From Pristiophorus japonicus (Eukaryota), in the NCBI RefSeq assembly GCF_044704955.1, contig NC_091984.1:143530001-143594000 (forward strand): 64,000 nucleotides of DNA, read 5' to 3'. The first letter of the stretch is position 1; each line of letters begins with the position of its first letter. A model generated the notes under the pieces. It ran no database searches, was not told the DNA's origin, and was given only the letters and a program-made list of their open reading frames with translations. The translations under genes were made by a program, and so were the position numbers. Below are positions 53,528-64,000 of the stretch, piece by piece.

Positions 53528-55094
53528 GTATCAGTGGGGACATCATCATGCTTGACAAATCTTCTGGAATTTTTTGAGGATGTTTCCAGTAGAGTGGACA
53601 AGGGAGAACCAGTTGATGTGGTATATTTGGACTTTCAGAAGGCTTTCGACAAGGTCCCACACAAGAGATTAATGTGCAAAGTTAAAGCACATGGGATTGG
53701 GGGTAGTGTGCTGACGTGGATTGAGAACTGGTTGTCAGACAGGAAGCAAAGAGTAGGAGTAAATGGGTACTTTTCAGAATGGCAGGCAGTGAGTAGTGGG
53801 ATACCGCAAGGTTCTGTGTTGGGGCCCCAGCTGTTTACATTGTACATTAATGATTTAGATGAGGGGATTAAATGTAGTATCTCCAAATTTGCGGATGACA
53901 CTAAGTTGGGTGGCAGTGTGAGCTGCGAGGAGGATGCTATGAGGCTGCAGAGTGACTTGGATAGGTTAGGTGAGTGGGCAAATGCATGGCAGATAAAGTA
54001 TAATGTGGATAAATGTGAGGTTATCCACTTTGGTGGTAAAAACAGAGAGACAGACTATTATCTGAATGGTGACAGATTAGGAAAAGGGGAGGTGCAACGA
54101 TACCTGGGTGTCATGGTACATCAGTCATTGAAGGTTGGCATGCAGGTACAGCACGCGGTTAAGAAAGCAAATGGCATGTTGACCTTCATAGCAAGGGGAT
54201 TTGAGTACAGGGGCAGGGAGGTGTTGCTACAGTTGTACAGGGCCTTGGTGAGGCCACACCTGGAGTATTGTGTACAGTTTTGGTCTCCTAACCTGAGGAA
54301 GGACATTCTTGCTATTGAGGGAGTGCAGCGAAGGTTCACCAGACTGATTCCCGGGATGGCGGGACTGACCTATCAAGAAAGACTGGATCAACTGGGCTTG
54401 TATTCACTGGAGTTCAGAAGAATGAGAGGGGACCTCATAGAAACGTTTAAAATTCTGACGGGGTGAGACAGGTTAGATGCAGGAAGAATGTTCCCAATGT
54501 TGGGGAAGTCCAGAACCAGGGGACACAGTCTAAGGATAAGGGGAAGCCATTTAGGACCGAGATGAGGAGGAATTTCTTCACCCCGAGAGTGGTGAACCTG
54601 TGGAATTCTCTACCACAGAAAGTAGTTGAGGCCAATTCACTAAATATATTCAAAAAGGAGTTAGATGGAGTCCTTACTACTAGGGGAATCAAGGGGTATG
54701 GTGAGAAAGCAGGAATGAGGTACTGAAGTTGCATGTTCAGCCATGAACTAATTGAATGGCGGTGCAGGCTAGAAGGGCCGAATGGCCTACTCCTGCACCT
54801 ATTTTCTATGTTTCTATGACCCAGTCTCCCCCGGTGATGTCAGTGAGTGAGGGACAGACTGCAAAGATCACCTGTACCGCCAGTGCATACATTGGTGCTG
54901 CCCTTGCTTGGTACCAGCAGAAAGCCGGGCAGAAACCCTCTCTGCTGATCTATGCGGCAACATCTCGTTTCACTGGAACCTCCAATCGCTTCAACGGCAG
55001 TTACCAGTCCAACACGTTCACCCTGAGCATCAGCAACGTGCAGAGCGAGGATGTCGCAGTCTATTACTGTCAGCAATATAATAGCTTCCCTCTA
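53528..55094 (+). pseudogene. IGKV: Ig kappa-type V exon interrupted in FR1 by a CR1 insertion
   Basis: 53528-53550 encodes ISGDIIM. After the insert, 54819 onward reads TQSPPVMSVSEGQTAKITC...WYQQKAGQKPSLLIY...EDVAVYYCQQYNSFP with conserved Cys, Trp and YYC. The spliced leader frame stops early inside CR1 (DIIMLDKSSGIF*). Confidence 0.95.
53551..54818 (+). mobile_element. 5'-truncated young CR1 LINE inserted in the V exon
   Basis: RT motifs ([23 protein letters not shown]) and TTTCTATG tail; nearly identical by eye to 21680-22957; ATG present at both junctions. Confidence 0.95.
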
Positions 55095-55122
55095 CACTGT
55101 GATACACAGCCACACAAAAACC
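55095..55122 (+). promoter_or_regulatory. V recombination signal, 12-bp spacer
   Basis: CACTGTG (55095-55101) + ATACACAGCCAC (12 nt) + ACAAAAACC (55114-55122); a V-side 12-RSS is the kappa-like configuration. Confidence 0.95.
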
Positions 55123-55509
55123 TCAATATACACAGCCCCACCTCCTGTATTGACTAACCCCACAGTTATATATAATATATAATAATGGACACACAGCCCC
55201 ACCTCCTGTACGGTTTTACACATGACTGACACACAGCTCGATGGGAGTGATGGCAGGAATATTCAGCTCGAAGCTGCAGTGAATTGGGAAAGGATGGAGT
55301 GGGTCAGAGAGGAGTTGGGGCTGTGTCTTCATCACTGACAATCTCACAGCTCTACTCTGTACATTCAGATAGCACGGAGACACTGAGTGGTCCCTGTGTT
55401 CTCAATCCAAATAATCTCACAAACCCCCCACTATTGAGAGGGCCACAACTTATAAAACCCAAAGCATAAACATGAAAGGAAAGTGAACAAGTGAAATGTT
55501 CGTGATCTT

Positions 55510-55940
55510 TCCCTGCCCACCCCGCACTCCAGGCCCTGCGGTGCCCAACCGTCGCAGATGCCTCAGGCCTACCCTAGGCTCTGTCCCCACGGCCAGCTGG
55601 ATGTGGACAAAGCATCTGAAGGGAGGGAGACAGGCAGACAGTGCAATCACCCCATGAGCCCTGTCCAACTGGGACCTGTGGATGGCCACCTTGGCCTGAT
55701 CCAGGAGCAGGCCCACGGGGAGGCCCTCCGACCTGCCCGATTCCCCTGCACCAGGTGACCAGGCCCAGGAGCGTGGGACTGAAGTGGAGCCAGAAATCGA
55801 GGAGCAGCCCCTTCAAATAGTGGAAGAGGGGCTGCATCCTCTCACACTCCACGTACACACGGGTCACGGACTGAGGAAACAGGTTTCTAAAGCCCCTGAA
55901 ACTCGTTATTTTATAATGATCCCGAGGAAGGCCTGTGTCA
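55510..55940 (-). mobile_element. Tx1/L1-clade 3' fragment in the V-J interval
   Basis: VYVECERMQPLFHYLKGLLLDFWLHFSPTLL and GLLLDQAKVAIHRS. Confidence 0.65.
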
Positions 55941-56405
55941 GCAACACAACATTTCGCTTGCAGACGGAGCCCGTTGTTCAAGGAGCACAAAGAGGTGAGG
56001 CCTGTGTGAAGGGGACTTTCATTCTCCAGCAATTCCGTGGCCCCAGGGTTACCGTCTGATGGGGCGGGAAGGGCAGCTGGGAGATTTGTCCCAAACACGT
56101 CGGATCCCCAACTCTCCTGGGCACTACCACAGGCAACTCGTCACAGAGTGAGAGGGAGGGAGTGAGTGAGGGACAGGGAAAGAGAGTGAGTGAGGGACGG
56201 AGTGAGGCGGAGTGAGTGAGGGAGGGAGGTGGAGGGGGAGAGGGAGGGAGTGAGAGAGGCAATCAGAGAGAGAAACAGAATGAGAGAGAGAGAGTGAGAA
56301 AGAGAGAGAAAAAGTGAGGGAGAGTGAGACGCTGAAAAAGACACAGACACAGACACACACACAGACAGAAAGAGGGGGAGAGAGACTGAGTGAGCCAGGG
56401 ACGGA

Positions 56406-56444
56406 GGATATTGTACAGCAACTGCACTGGAAGCTGTCACTGTG
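56406..56444 (-). promoter_or_regulatory. J recombination signal, 23-bp spacer
   Basis: On +: GGATATTGT (two mismatches to GGTTTTTGT) + 23 nt + CACTGTG, directly abutting the J segment. Confidence 0.9.
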
Positions 56445-56478
56445 GCTCACGTTCCTAAAGGAACCAAGCTCAGACTGA
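56445..56478 (+). pseudogene. IGKJ: Ig kappa-type J segment, frameshifted in the FGXG motif
   Basis: G CTC ACG TTC CT AAA GGA ACC AAG CTC AGA CTG A|GTAAGT = LTF[G]KGTKLRL with the Gly codon reduced to CT; consensus splice donor at 56479. Confidence 0.9.
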
Positions 56479-56589
56479 GTAAGTAAACCCCAATGCTCCG
56501 TTATTAACACTTTAAATACTGAATCTTTCTAAGACACAAATGCTGAATATGCGAAGGTGTTAGTTCACATATGATTACACACGATCCTC

Positions 56590-59500
56590 CCGTCTTTCCT
56601 CATCTAAATCTATCAGCATAACCCTCTATTCCCTTCTCCCTCATATCTCTGTCGAGCCTCCCCTTAAATACATCAATACTATTCACTTCAATCACTCCAT
56701 GTGGTAGCCAGTTCCACATTCTCACCACTCGCTGGGTAAAGAATTTTCTCCTGAATTCCCGATTGGATTTCTTGCTGACTATCTCATATTGATGGCCTCT
56801 AGTTCTGCTCTTCCCCACAAGTGGAAACACTCTCTCTGTATCCACTCTATCAAAACCTTTCCCAATGTTAAAGACCTCGATCAGGTCACCCCTCAGCCTC
56901 AAGAGAAAAGAGCCCCAGCCTGTTCATCCTTTCCTGATATGTACACTCTCGCATTTCTGGTCCCATCCTTGTAAACCTTCTCTGCACCCTCTCCAGTGCC
57001 TGTGTATGGGTTATATAATATGGTGGGGAGCTGCGGTGAATGAAAGTGTTAATTGAAGAGTGCTGTGTATGCCAGGGTGCCCGGCTGTATTCCTTTACCC
57101 ACACTCCCCCTTCACCCAGCAAAGTATAAGTAATGAACTGTTACCCACCGTGTGGAGGAGATCTGAACGTTGGCACACTGCGGTCCCATCCCTGCACCAT
57201 CCCCGAAAATCGTTCCCGAGCCTCCTGCCTGTCTCAGTGTGACAGACACGGTGTGTGAGACACGGTCAGAGTGTGGGTGTGAGTGAGTGAGCTCGCTGGG
57301 GGCAGTCTGTGCTCCTGTCACAGTCTCTGATATAACTGAGCTCAGCCTCAGCACACTGACACTCCCGAGGTCCCACCTCCCCCAGCTCCAACTCTGATCT
57401 GTCCAGCCGCCGCTCACCTCCTGTCCAACTTCTGATCACAAACAGGGGCAGCAGGGCTCGCAATCCGGCGGCTGCAGTGCTCCAGGGTTGTGGGGAGACT
57501 CTCAGTTGCTGTTTCTGTGGCTCGAGTTCAGGCCGATATTTATCCCTCAACCTACATCGCTTAAACATAGAAAATAGGAGCAGTAGTAGGCCATTCGGCC
57601 CTTCGAGTCTGCACCGCCATTCAATATAATCATGGCTGTTCCTCTATCTCAACACCATATTCCCGCTTTTTCCCCATACCCCTTGATGCCTTTTTGTTTC
57701 TAGAAATCCATCTATCTGCCTCTTAAATATATTCAGTGACTTGGCCTCCACAGCCTTCTGTGGTAGAGAATTCCACAGGTTCACCACCCTCTGAGTGAAA
57801 ACATTTCTCCTCATCTCATTTGTAAATTTCCTACCTCGTATCCTGAGACTGTGACTCCTTGTTCTAGACTTTCCAGCCCGGGAAAACATCCTCCCCACAT
57901 CCAGTCTGTCCAAACCAGTCAGAATTTTATACGTTTCAATGAGATCATCTCTCACTCTTCTAAACTCTAGTGTATACAGACCTAATCGTCCAAATCACTG
58001 CTCATACGACAGTCCTGTCCATCCCAGGAATCAGTCTGGTGATCCTTCGCTGCACTCCGTCTATGGCAAGTATATCCTTTCTTAGGTAAGGAGACCAAAA
58101 CTGCACACAATACTCCAAGTGCGGTCTCACCAAGGCCCTGTAGTGAGACATCCTTGCTCCTGTACTCAAATCCTCTTGCAATGAAGGCCAACATACTATT
58201 TGCCTTCTTAACTGCTTGCTGCACCTGTATGTTTGCTTTCACTGACTGGTGTACAAGGACGCCCAGGTCCCTCTGTCCATTGACACTTCCCAAGCTATCA
58301 CCATTTAAATAATACTTTGTCCTTATGTTTTTCCCACCAAAATGAGTAACTTCACATTTATCCACAATATGTTACATCTGCCATGTGTTTGCTCACTCAC
58401 TCAACCGATCTAAATCGTCTTGCAGCGTCTTTGCATCTCCACACAACTCACAATCCCACCTAATTTTGTGTCGTCAGCAGACTTGGAAATATAACATTTG
58501 CTTCCCTCATCCAAATCATTTATATATATATATATATATATATATCTGGGGCCCAAGCACTGATCCCTGTGGTACCCCACTCGTCACTGCCCGCCACCCT
58601 GAAACACACCCATTTATTCCGACTGTTTCCTGTCAGTTAACCAATTTTCAATCCATGCCAATACATTACCCACAATCCTATGTGCTTTAATTTTGCACAC
58701 TAACCTCTTATGTGGGATTTTTATCAAAGGGCTTCTGAAAATCCAAATACACTACATCCACTGGTTATCCCTTATCTATTCTGTCAGTTGCATCCTCCAA
58801 AAACTCCAGTAGATTTGTCAAACGTGAATTTCCTTTCATAAATCCATGTTGACTTTGTTTAATCCCGTTGATATTATCTAAGTGTGCCGTTATTACATCC
58901 TTTATAATAGACTCTAGCATCTTCCCTACTACTGATATCAGGATAACCGGTCTGTAATTCCCCGTTTTCTCTCTCCCTCCTTTTTTTAAATAGTGGGGTT
59001 ACATTTGCCACCCTACAATCTGCAGGAACTGTTCGATAATCTATAGAATTTTGAAAGATGACAACCAATGCATCTACTATTTCCATGGCTACCTCTTTTT
59101 TAGTAGTCTGGGATGCAGATCATCAGGCCCTGGGGATTTATCGGCCTTCAGTCCCATTAGTTTCTCCAGCTCTATTTTGTTACGAACAATCGTTTCCTTT
59201 AATTCCTCTTGCTCACTAGACCTTAGGTTCCCTAGCATTTCTTGGACATTATTTGTGTCCTCTTTCATGAAGAGGTCATTCAACCCATTGCTGTGTGTGA
59301 GAGCTTGCTGTGCACAAATTGGTTGCCGTGTTTCCCACATTACAACAGTGACTACACTTAAAAATGTACTTCATTGGCTGTGAAGCACTTTGGGACCTCC
59401 TCAGGTGTGAAAGGTGCAATATAATTGCAGGTCTTTCTTTAATTTGGCTTTTCTTTTTATTATCTGGGACTCGCACAATTCCCTGCTGATTAAACCTGGA

Positions 59501-62500
59501 CCCAGCAGAAAATCCCCAGAACACGGACTAATGTTCCATAAGAACATTAGGAGCAGGAGGAGGCCATTCGGCCCCTTGAGCCTGCTCTGCCATTCAATAA
59601 GATCATGGCTGATCATTCCCTCAGTACCCCTTTCCTGCTTTCTCTCCATACCCCTTGATCCCCTTAGCCGTAAGGGCCATATCTAACTCCCTCTTGAATA
59701 TATCTAATGAACTGGCATCAACAAATCTCTGCGGCAGGGAATTCCACAGGTTAAAGAGCTGAGTGAAGAAGTTTCTCCTCAGCGCAGTCCTAAATGGCCT
59801 ACCCCTTATCCTAAGACTGTGTCCCCTTGTTCTGGACTTCCCCAACATCAGGAACATTCTTCCTGCATCTATCCTGTCCAGTCCCGTCAGAATTTTATAT
59901 GTTTTTGTGAGATTCCCTCTCATCCTTCTCAACTCCAGTGAATAAAAGCCCAGTTGATCCAGTCTCTCCTCATATGACAGCCCAGCCATCCCTGGAATCA
60001 GTCTGGTGAACCTTCGCTGCACTCTGTCAATAGCAAGAACATCCTTCCTCAGACTAGGAGACCAAGACTGAACACAATATTCCAGGTGAGGTCTCACTAA
60101 GGCCCTGTACAGCTGCATTAAGACCTCTCTGCTTCTATATTCAAATCCCCAAGCAATGAAAGCCAACATACCATTTGCCTTCTTTACCGCCTGCTGTACC
60201 CGCATGCCGACTTTCAGTGACTGATGAACCATGACACCCAGGTCTCATTGCAACTCACCTTTTCCTAGTTTGCTGACATTCAGATAATATTCCGACTTTG
60301 TGTTTTTGCCCCCAAATTGGATAACCTCACATTTATCCACATTATACTGCATCTGCCATGTATTTGCCCACTCACCTAACCTGTCCAAGTCACCCTGCTG
60401 CCTTTTAGCGTCCTCCTCACAGCTCACACCGCCACCCAGTTTAGTGTCATCCACAAACTTGGAGATATTACACTCTATTCCTTCATCTCATTCGTTAATG
60501 TACATTGTAAAGAGCTGGGGTCCCAGCACTGAGCCCTGCGGCACTCCACTAGTCACTGCCTGCCATTCTGAAAAGGACCCGTTTATCCTGACTCCCTGCT
60601 TCCTGTCTGCCAACCAGTTCCCTATCCATGTCAGTATATTACCCCCAATACCATGTGCTTTGATTTTGCACACCAATCCCTTGTGTGGGACCTTGTCAAA
60701 AGACTTTTGAAAGTCCAAATACACCACATCCACTGGTTCTCCCTTGTCCACTCTGCTAGTTACATCCTTGAAAAATTCCAGAAGATTCGTCAAGCATGAT
60801 TTCCCTTTCATAAATCCATGCTGACTTGGTCTGATCCTGTCACTGCTTTCCAAATGCGCTGCGATTTGATCCTTAATGATTGATTCCAACATTTTCCCCA
60901 CGACTGATGTAGAGCTATTGGGTCTATAATTACCCATTTTCTCTTTCCCTCCTTTTTAAAAAAAGTGGTGTGACATTAGCTACCCTCCAGTCCATAGTAA
61001 CTGATCCAGAGTCGATAGACTGTTGGAAAATGATCACCAATGCATCCACTATTTCTAGGGCCACTTCCTTGAGTACTCTGGGATGCAGACTATCAGGCCC
61101 CTGGAATTTATCGGCCTTCAATCCCATCAATTTCCCTAATACAATTTCCCACCTAATAAGGATATCCTTCAGTTCCTCCTTCTCACTAGACCCAGTGTCT
61201 CCTAGTACCTTCGGAAGGTTATTTGTATATTCCTTCATGAAGACAGTACCACGGAGGGGAGGGTTCTCAGGGGACCAGGGTGGGGGGTGGCGGTCGCTGA
61301 GTGGGCTCGGGGACCAGGGGACCAGCCAGTCGCCACTCTGCACACACTCTGTTCCCTCTGTGTCTCAGTCCAGTGTTGCAGTGAGGAGTTTAGGATCTGA
61401 GGCTCAGGCTGGTTCTCCGGCACCAACAGCGCCCTGTTGGGTAAGGGTATTAAGGGTTAAGAACATAAGAAATAGGAGCAGGAGTAGGCCACCTGGGCCC
61501 TCGAGTCTGCCCTGCCATTTAATAAGATCATGGCTGATCTGATCTTGGACACAGCTCCACTTCCCTGCCCGGTCCCCATAACCCTTTATTCCCTTATCGC
61601 TCAAAAATCTGTCTATCTCCACCTTAAATATAATCAATGACCCAGCCTACACAGCTCTCTAGGGCAGAGATTTCCACAGATTTACAAGCCTCTGAGAGAA
61701 GAAATTCCTCCTCAACTCAGTTTTAAATGGACGGCCCCTTATTCTGAGACTATGATCCCTAGTACTAGTTTCCCCTATGTGTGTAAATATCCTCACTGCA
61801 TCCAACTTGTCGCCCCCTCATTATCTTATATGTTTCGATAAAATCACCTCTCATTCTTCTGAACTCCAATGATTATATGCCTAACCTACTCAACCTATCC
61901 TCATAAGTCAAACCTCTCATCTTCAGAATCAATCCAGTGAAACTTCTCTGAACTGCTGCCAATGTAAGTATATCCTTTCTGAAGTATGGATACCAAAACT
62001 GCACACAGTACTCCAGGTGTGGCCTCACCAATACCCTGTATAGATGTAGCAGGATTTCTCTGCTTTTATACTCTATCCCCCTTGCAATTAAGGCCAACAT
62101 TTCATTTGCCTTCCTGATTATTGCTGTAACCGCATACTAACTTTTTGTGTTTCATGCACAAGGTCCCCTTTGCAATTTTTCTCCATTTGAAAATTAATTT
62201 GCTTTCCTCTTCGTTCTGCCAAAGTGGAAAACCTCACATTTTCCCACATTACACTCCATCTGCCAAATTTGTGCCCATTCACTTAGCCTGTCTATATCCC
62301 TTTGCAGACTATTTGTGTCCTCCTCACAATTTGCTTTCCCACCCATCTTTGTCTTATAGGGTGATTATTTTTCATTCTACTCTGATACTTAGAAATCGAC
62401 TGAAGACATACAATCGCCCTTCCTGGCTGTATCTATTGTAGGTTTGTGGTCGTTGGTTCTGTGACCAGTTGATCTTCTTTTGGCCATTCTCTGCAGTGTT

Positions 62501-64000
62501 GTTCCCTCCATGTACGTTCCGTACTACATGTCCTTCTGTCCATTCATCTGTTTGTTCTTTCGACCTGTGTCCATCTGTACACGTGTCCTTCTATTTCTTC
62601 TGTGTGCTTCTTCTTCCGTCTGTTCCTGTCCTTCTTCCGTATTCTGCAGAGCTGCTTCTAGCTCGCATATTTATATCCAGGTTATGACTGATCTCCCGCC
62701 ACTGCGGTTTCTGATAAAGTGTTTGCATCGATATATTGTTTTGTGGTCCCCTTGGTTGATTGACTGCAATAATGGACTCATCTGTTTTCCCATTTGCACA
62801 CTGAGTCTGTAAGGCTCAAGTTGATTTCTCATCTTCACACCTCATCACAAAAGATGTGCACCTAGTGTGGTTCCTTTGTTGTTTGGTCTTTTTACAGACT
62901 TGGTGTCTCCAGTGAGCTTGTTTTCCCCACCTTGGTCTATCAAGTTCAGGGCCTCATGTAACAATTCCATTCTTGTTATGCATGGAGTCAGTTTTGTTCC
63001 CTGACCAAGAATGCCCTTAATTGTCCAGGCTTAATTCCAAAAGCTTGTATTAATCTTTAGTTCATGGTCTCCTTCTGTGCTTTTCTGAAGATTAGTAACC
63101 TTACACTCCCTCCTTTAATGTTTCGCTAATATGAAACTAGAGACATTACTTGTGGAGTTATTTTTCCATGAGCTCTATTTGGGTGTATTGCAGTCTCAGT
63201 CAAAAACTTCAGATTACATTCCTGTTTTACATCAAAAAACAGTACTTTTTCCTGACAAACCAACACTTGTACAACAAAAATGTTCGGCCTTGATCTGACT
63301 TCAGTTTTATATACAAACACTTTGGCTTTGGTTCATCTAAACAACCCTTCAACATTCCCTTCCTTTGTATTCTGTTTTAACTTACAAGATAAGATAAATA
63401 GTTACACCAAAGAACCAACGATACAATGGCTAGTGCATGAGACACGATTAGAACCCAGGAGAGAATCTGAATATTGAATCCCAAATCCCATTTTGGAGCG
63501 GCCATTATTTCCTCAATTTCCTCCCTTACTTTTTCATTTGTTTGGTGTAATGTGTAATAGTCTTTGTTGGATAGCTCAATATCCTTCTTTGCATCATCAG
63601 CAAATTTGGCAACATTACACTCGGTCCCTTCATCTAAGTCATTAATGTAAATAATTGAGGCCCCAGCACCGATCCCTGCGGCACCCCATTAGTTACCGTT
63701 TGCCAATGGGAAAGTGAACCCTTTATCCTGACTCTCTGTTTTTTGTTAGTTAGCCAATCTTCTATCCATGCTAATATATTACCCCCAACCCCGTGAACTT
63801 TTATCTTGTGCTTTTTATGTGGCACCTTATCGAATGCCTTCTGGAAATCCAAATACACCACATCTACTGGTTCCCCTTTATCCACCCTGCTCGTTACATC
63901 CTCAAAGAATTCCAGCAAATTTGTCAAACGTGATTTCCCTTTCATAAATCTGTGCTGACTCTGCTTGATTGAACTATGCTTTTCCAAATGTCCTGCTACT
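56590..64000 (-). mobile_element. Stack of minus-strand CR1 copies in the presumed J-C intron
   Basis: 56590-57000, 57565-59270, 59537-61245, 61460-62352 and 63590-64000 all carry CR1 RT or 3' motifs. Confidence 0.88.
62355..63585 (-). mobile_element. 5'-truncated LTR element: env-like tail, PPT and about 750-bp LTR
   Basis: On minus: heptad+TM peptide (63585-63377), AAAGGAGGGAG PPT then TGTAAGG at 63105, TATAAAT near 62675, end CCCTATA at 62355. Confidence 0.7.

Noticed and set aside
53534-54466. 310-aa RT ORF as a secreted Ig-leader/RT fusion
   Set aside because: The spliced leader is in another frame and stops about 8 codons into CR1.
54756-55157. ORF as an intact V gene with its own leader
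   Set aside because: The N-terminal 20 aa are CR1 3' UTR with no signal peptide; the C-terminus is RSS read-through.
55130-55240. Extra RSSs from repeated CACAGCC motifs
   Set aside because: 20-bp local duplication with no nonamer at 12 or 23 spacing.
57180-57540. Ig constant exon
   Set aside because: No C1-set motifs (LVC, W, Y/F-x-C) found in the frames I read.
61250-61445. GGGGACCAGGGGACCAGC as a second J segment
   Set aside because: No RSS, no F/W-G-X-G motif, no appropriately placed donor; similar low-complexity motif at 160-260.

Overview
Repeat-saturated vertebrate DNA, almost certainly cartilaginous fish (shark-type CR1 LINEs with (TTTCTATG)n/(TTCTTATG)n tails, RTE, L2, Tx1 and SINE elements; cluster-type Ig locus). 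Main non-repeat content: (1) a germline, unrearranged kappa-type Ig light-chain cluster on + (octamer-like promoter, leader 53299-53347, V exon, 12-RSS, 23-RSS, J at 56445), disabled by a young 1.27-kb CR1 in V framework 1 and a frameshifted J; no C exon is visible in the window. (2) A full-length decayed endogenous retrovirus (30869-38538) with a tRNA-Ser-type PBS, gamma-type env and an apparent -1 frameshift signal at the gag-pol junction. (3) A large inverted duplication of the cluster's 5' flank (23.2-27.2 kb vs 46-53 kb), in whose right arm a 23-bp unit is amplified into five perfect DR3 nuclear-receptor elements. (4) Gene relics: MROH1-like pseudogene fragments in two apparent copies, an intronless MLXIPL/ChREBP retro-fragment and a possible claudin-34-like remnant. 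(5) A solo LTR and a truncated second LTR element with an unusual env tail. No intact host gene is evident. Protein family calls rest on my recall of those families, not on database searches; repeat boundaries are approximate.
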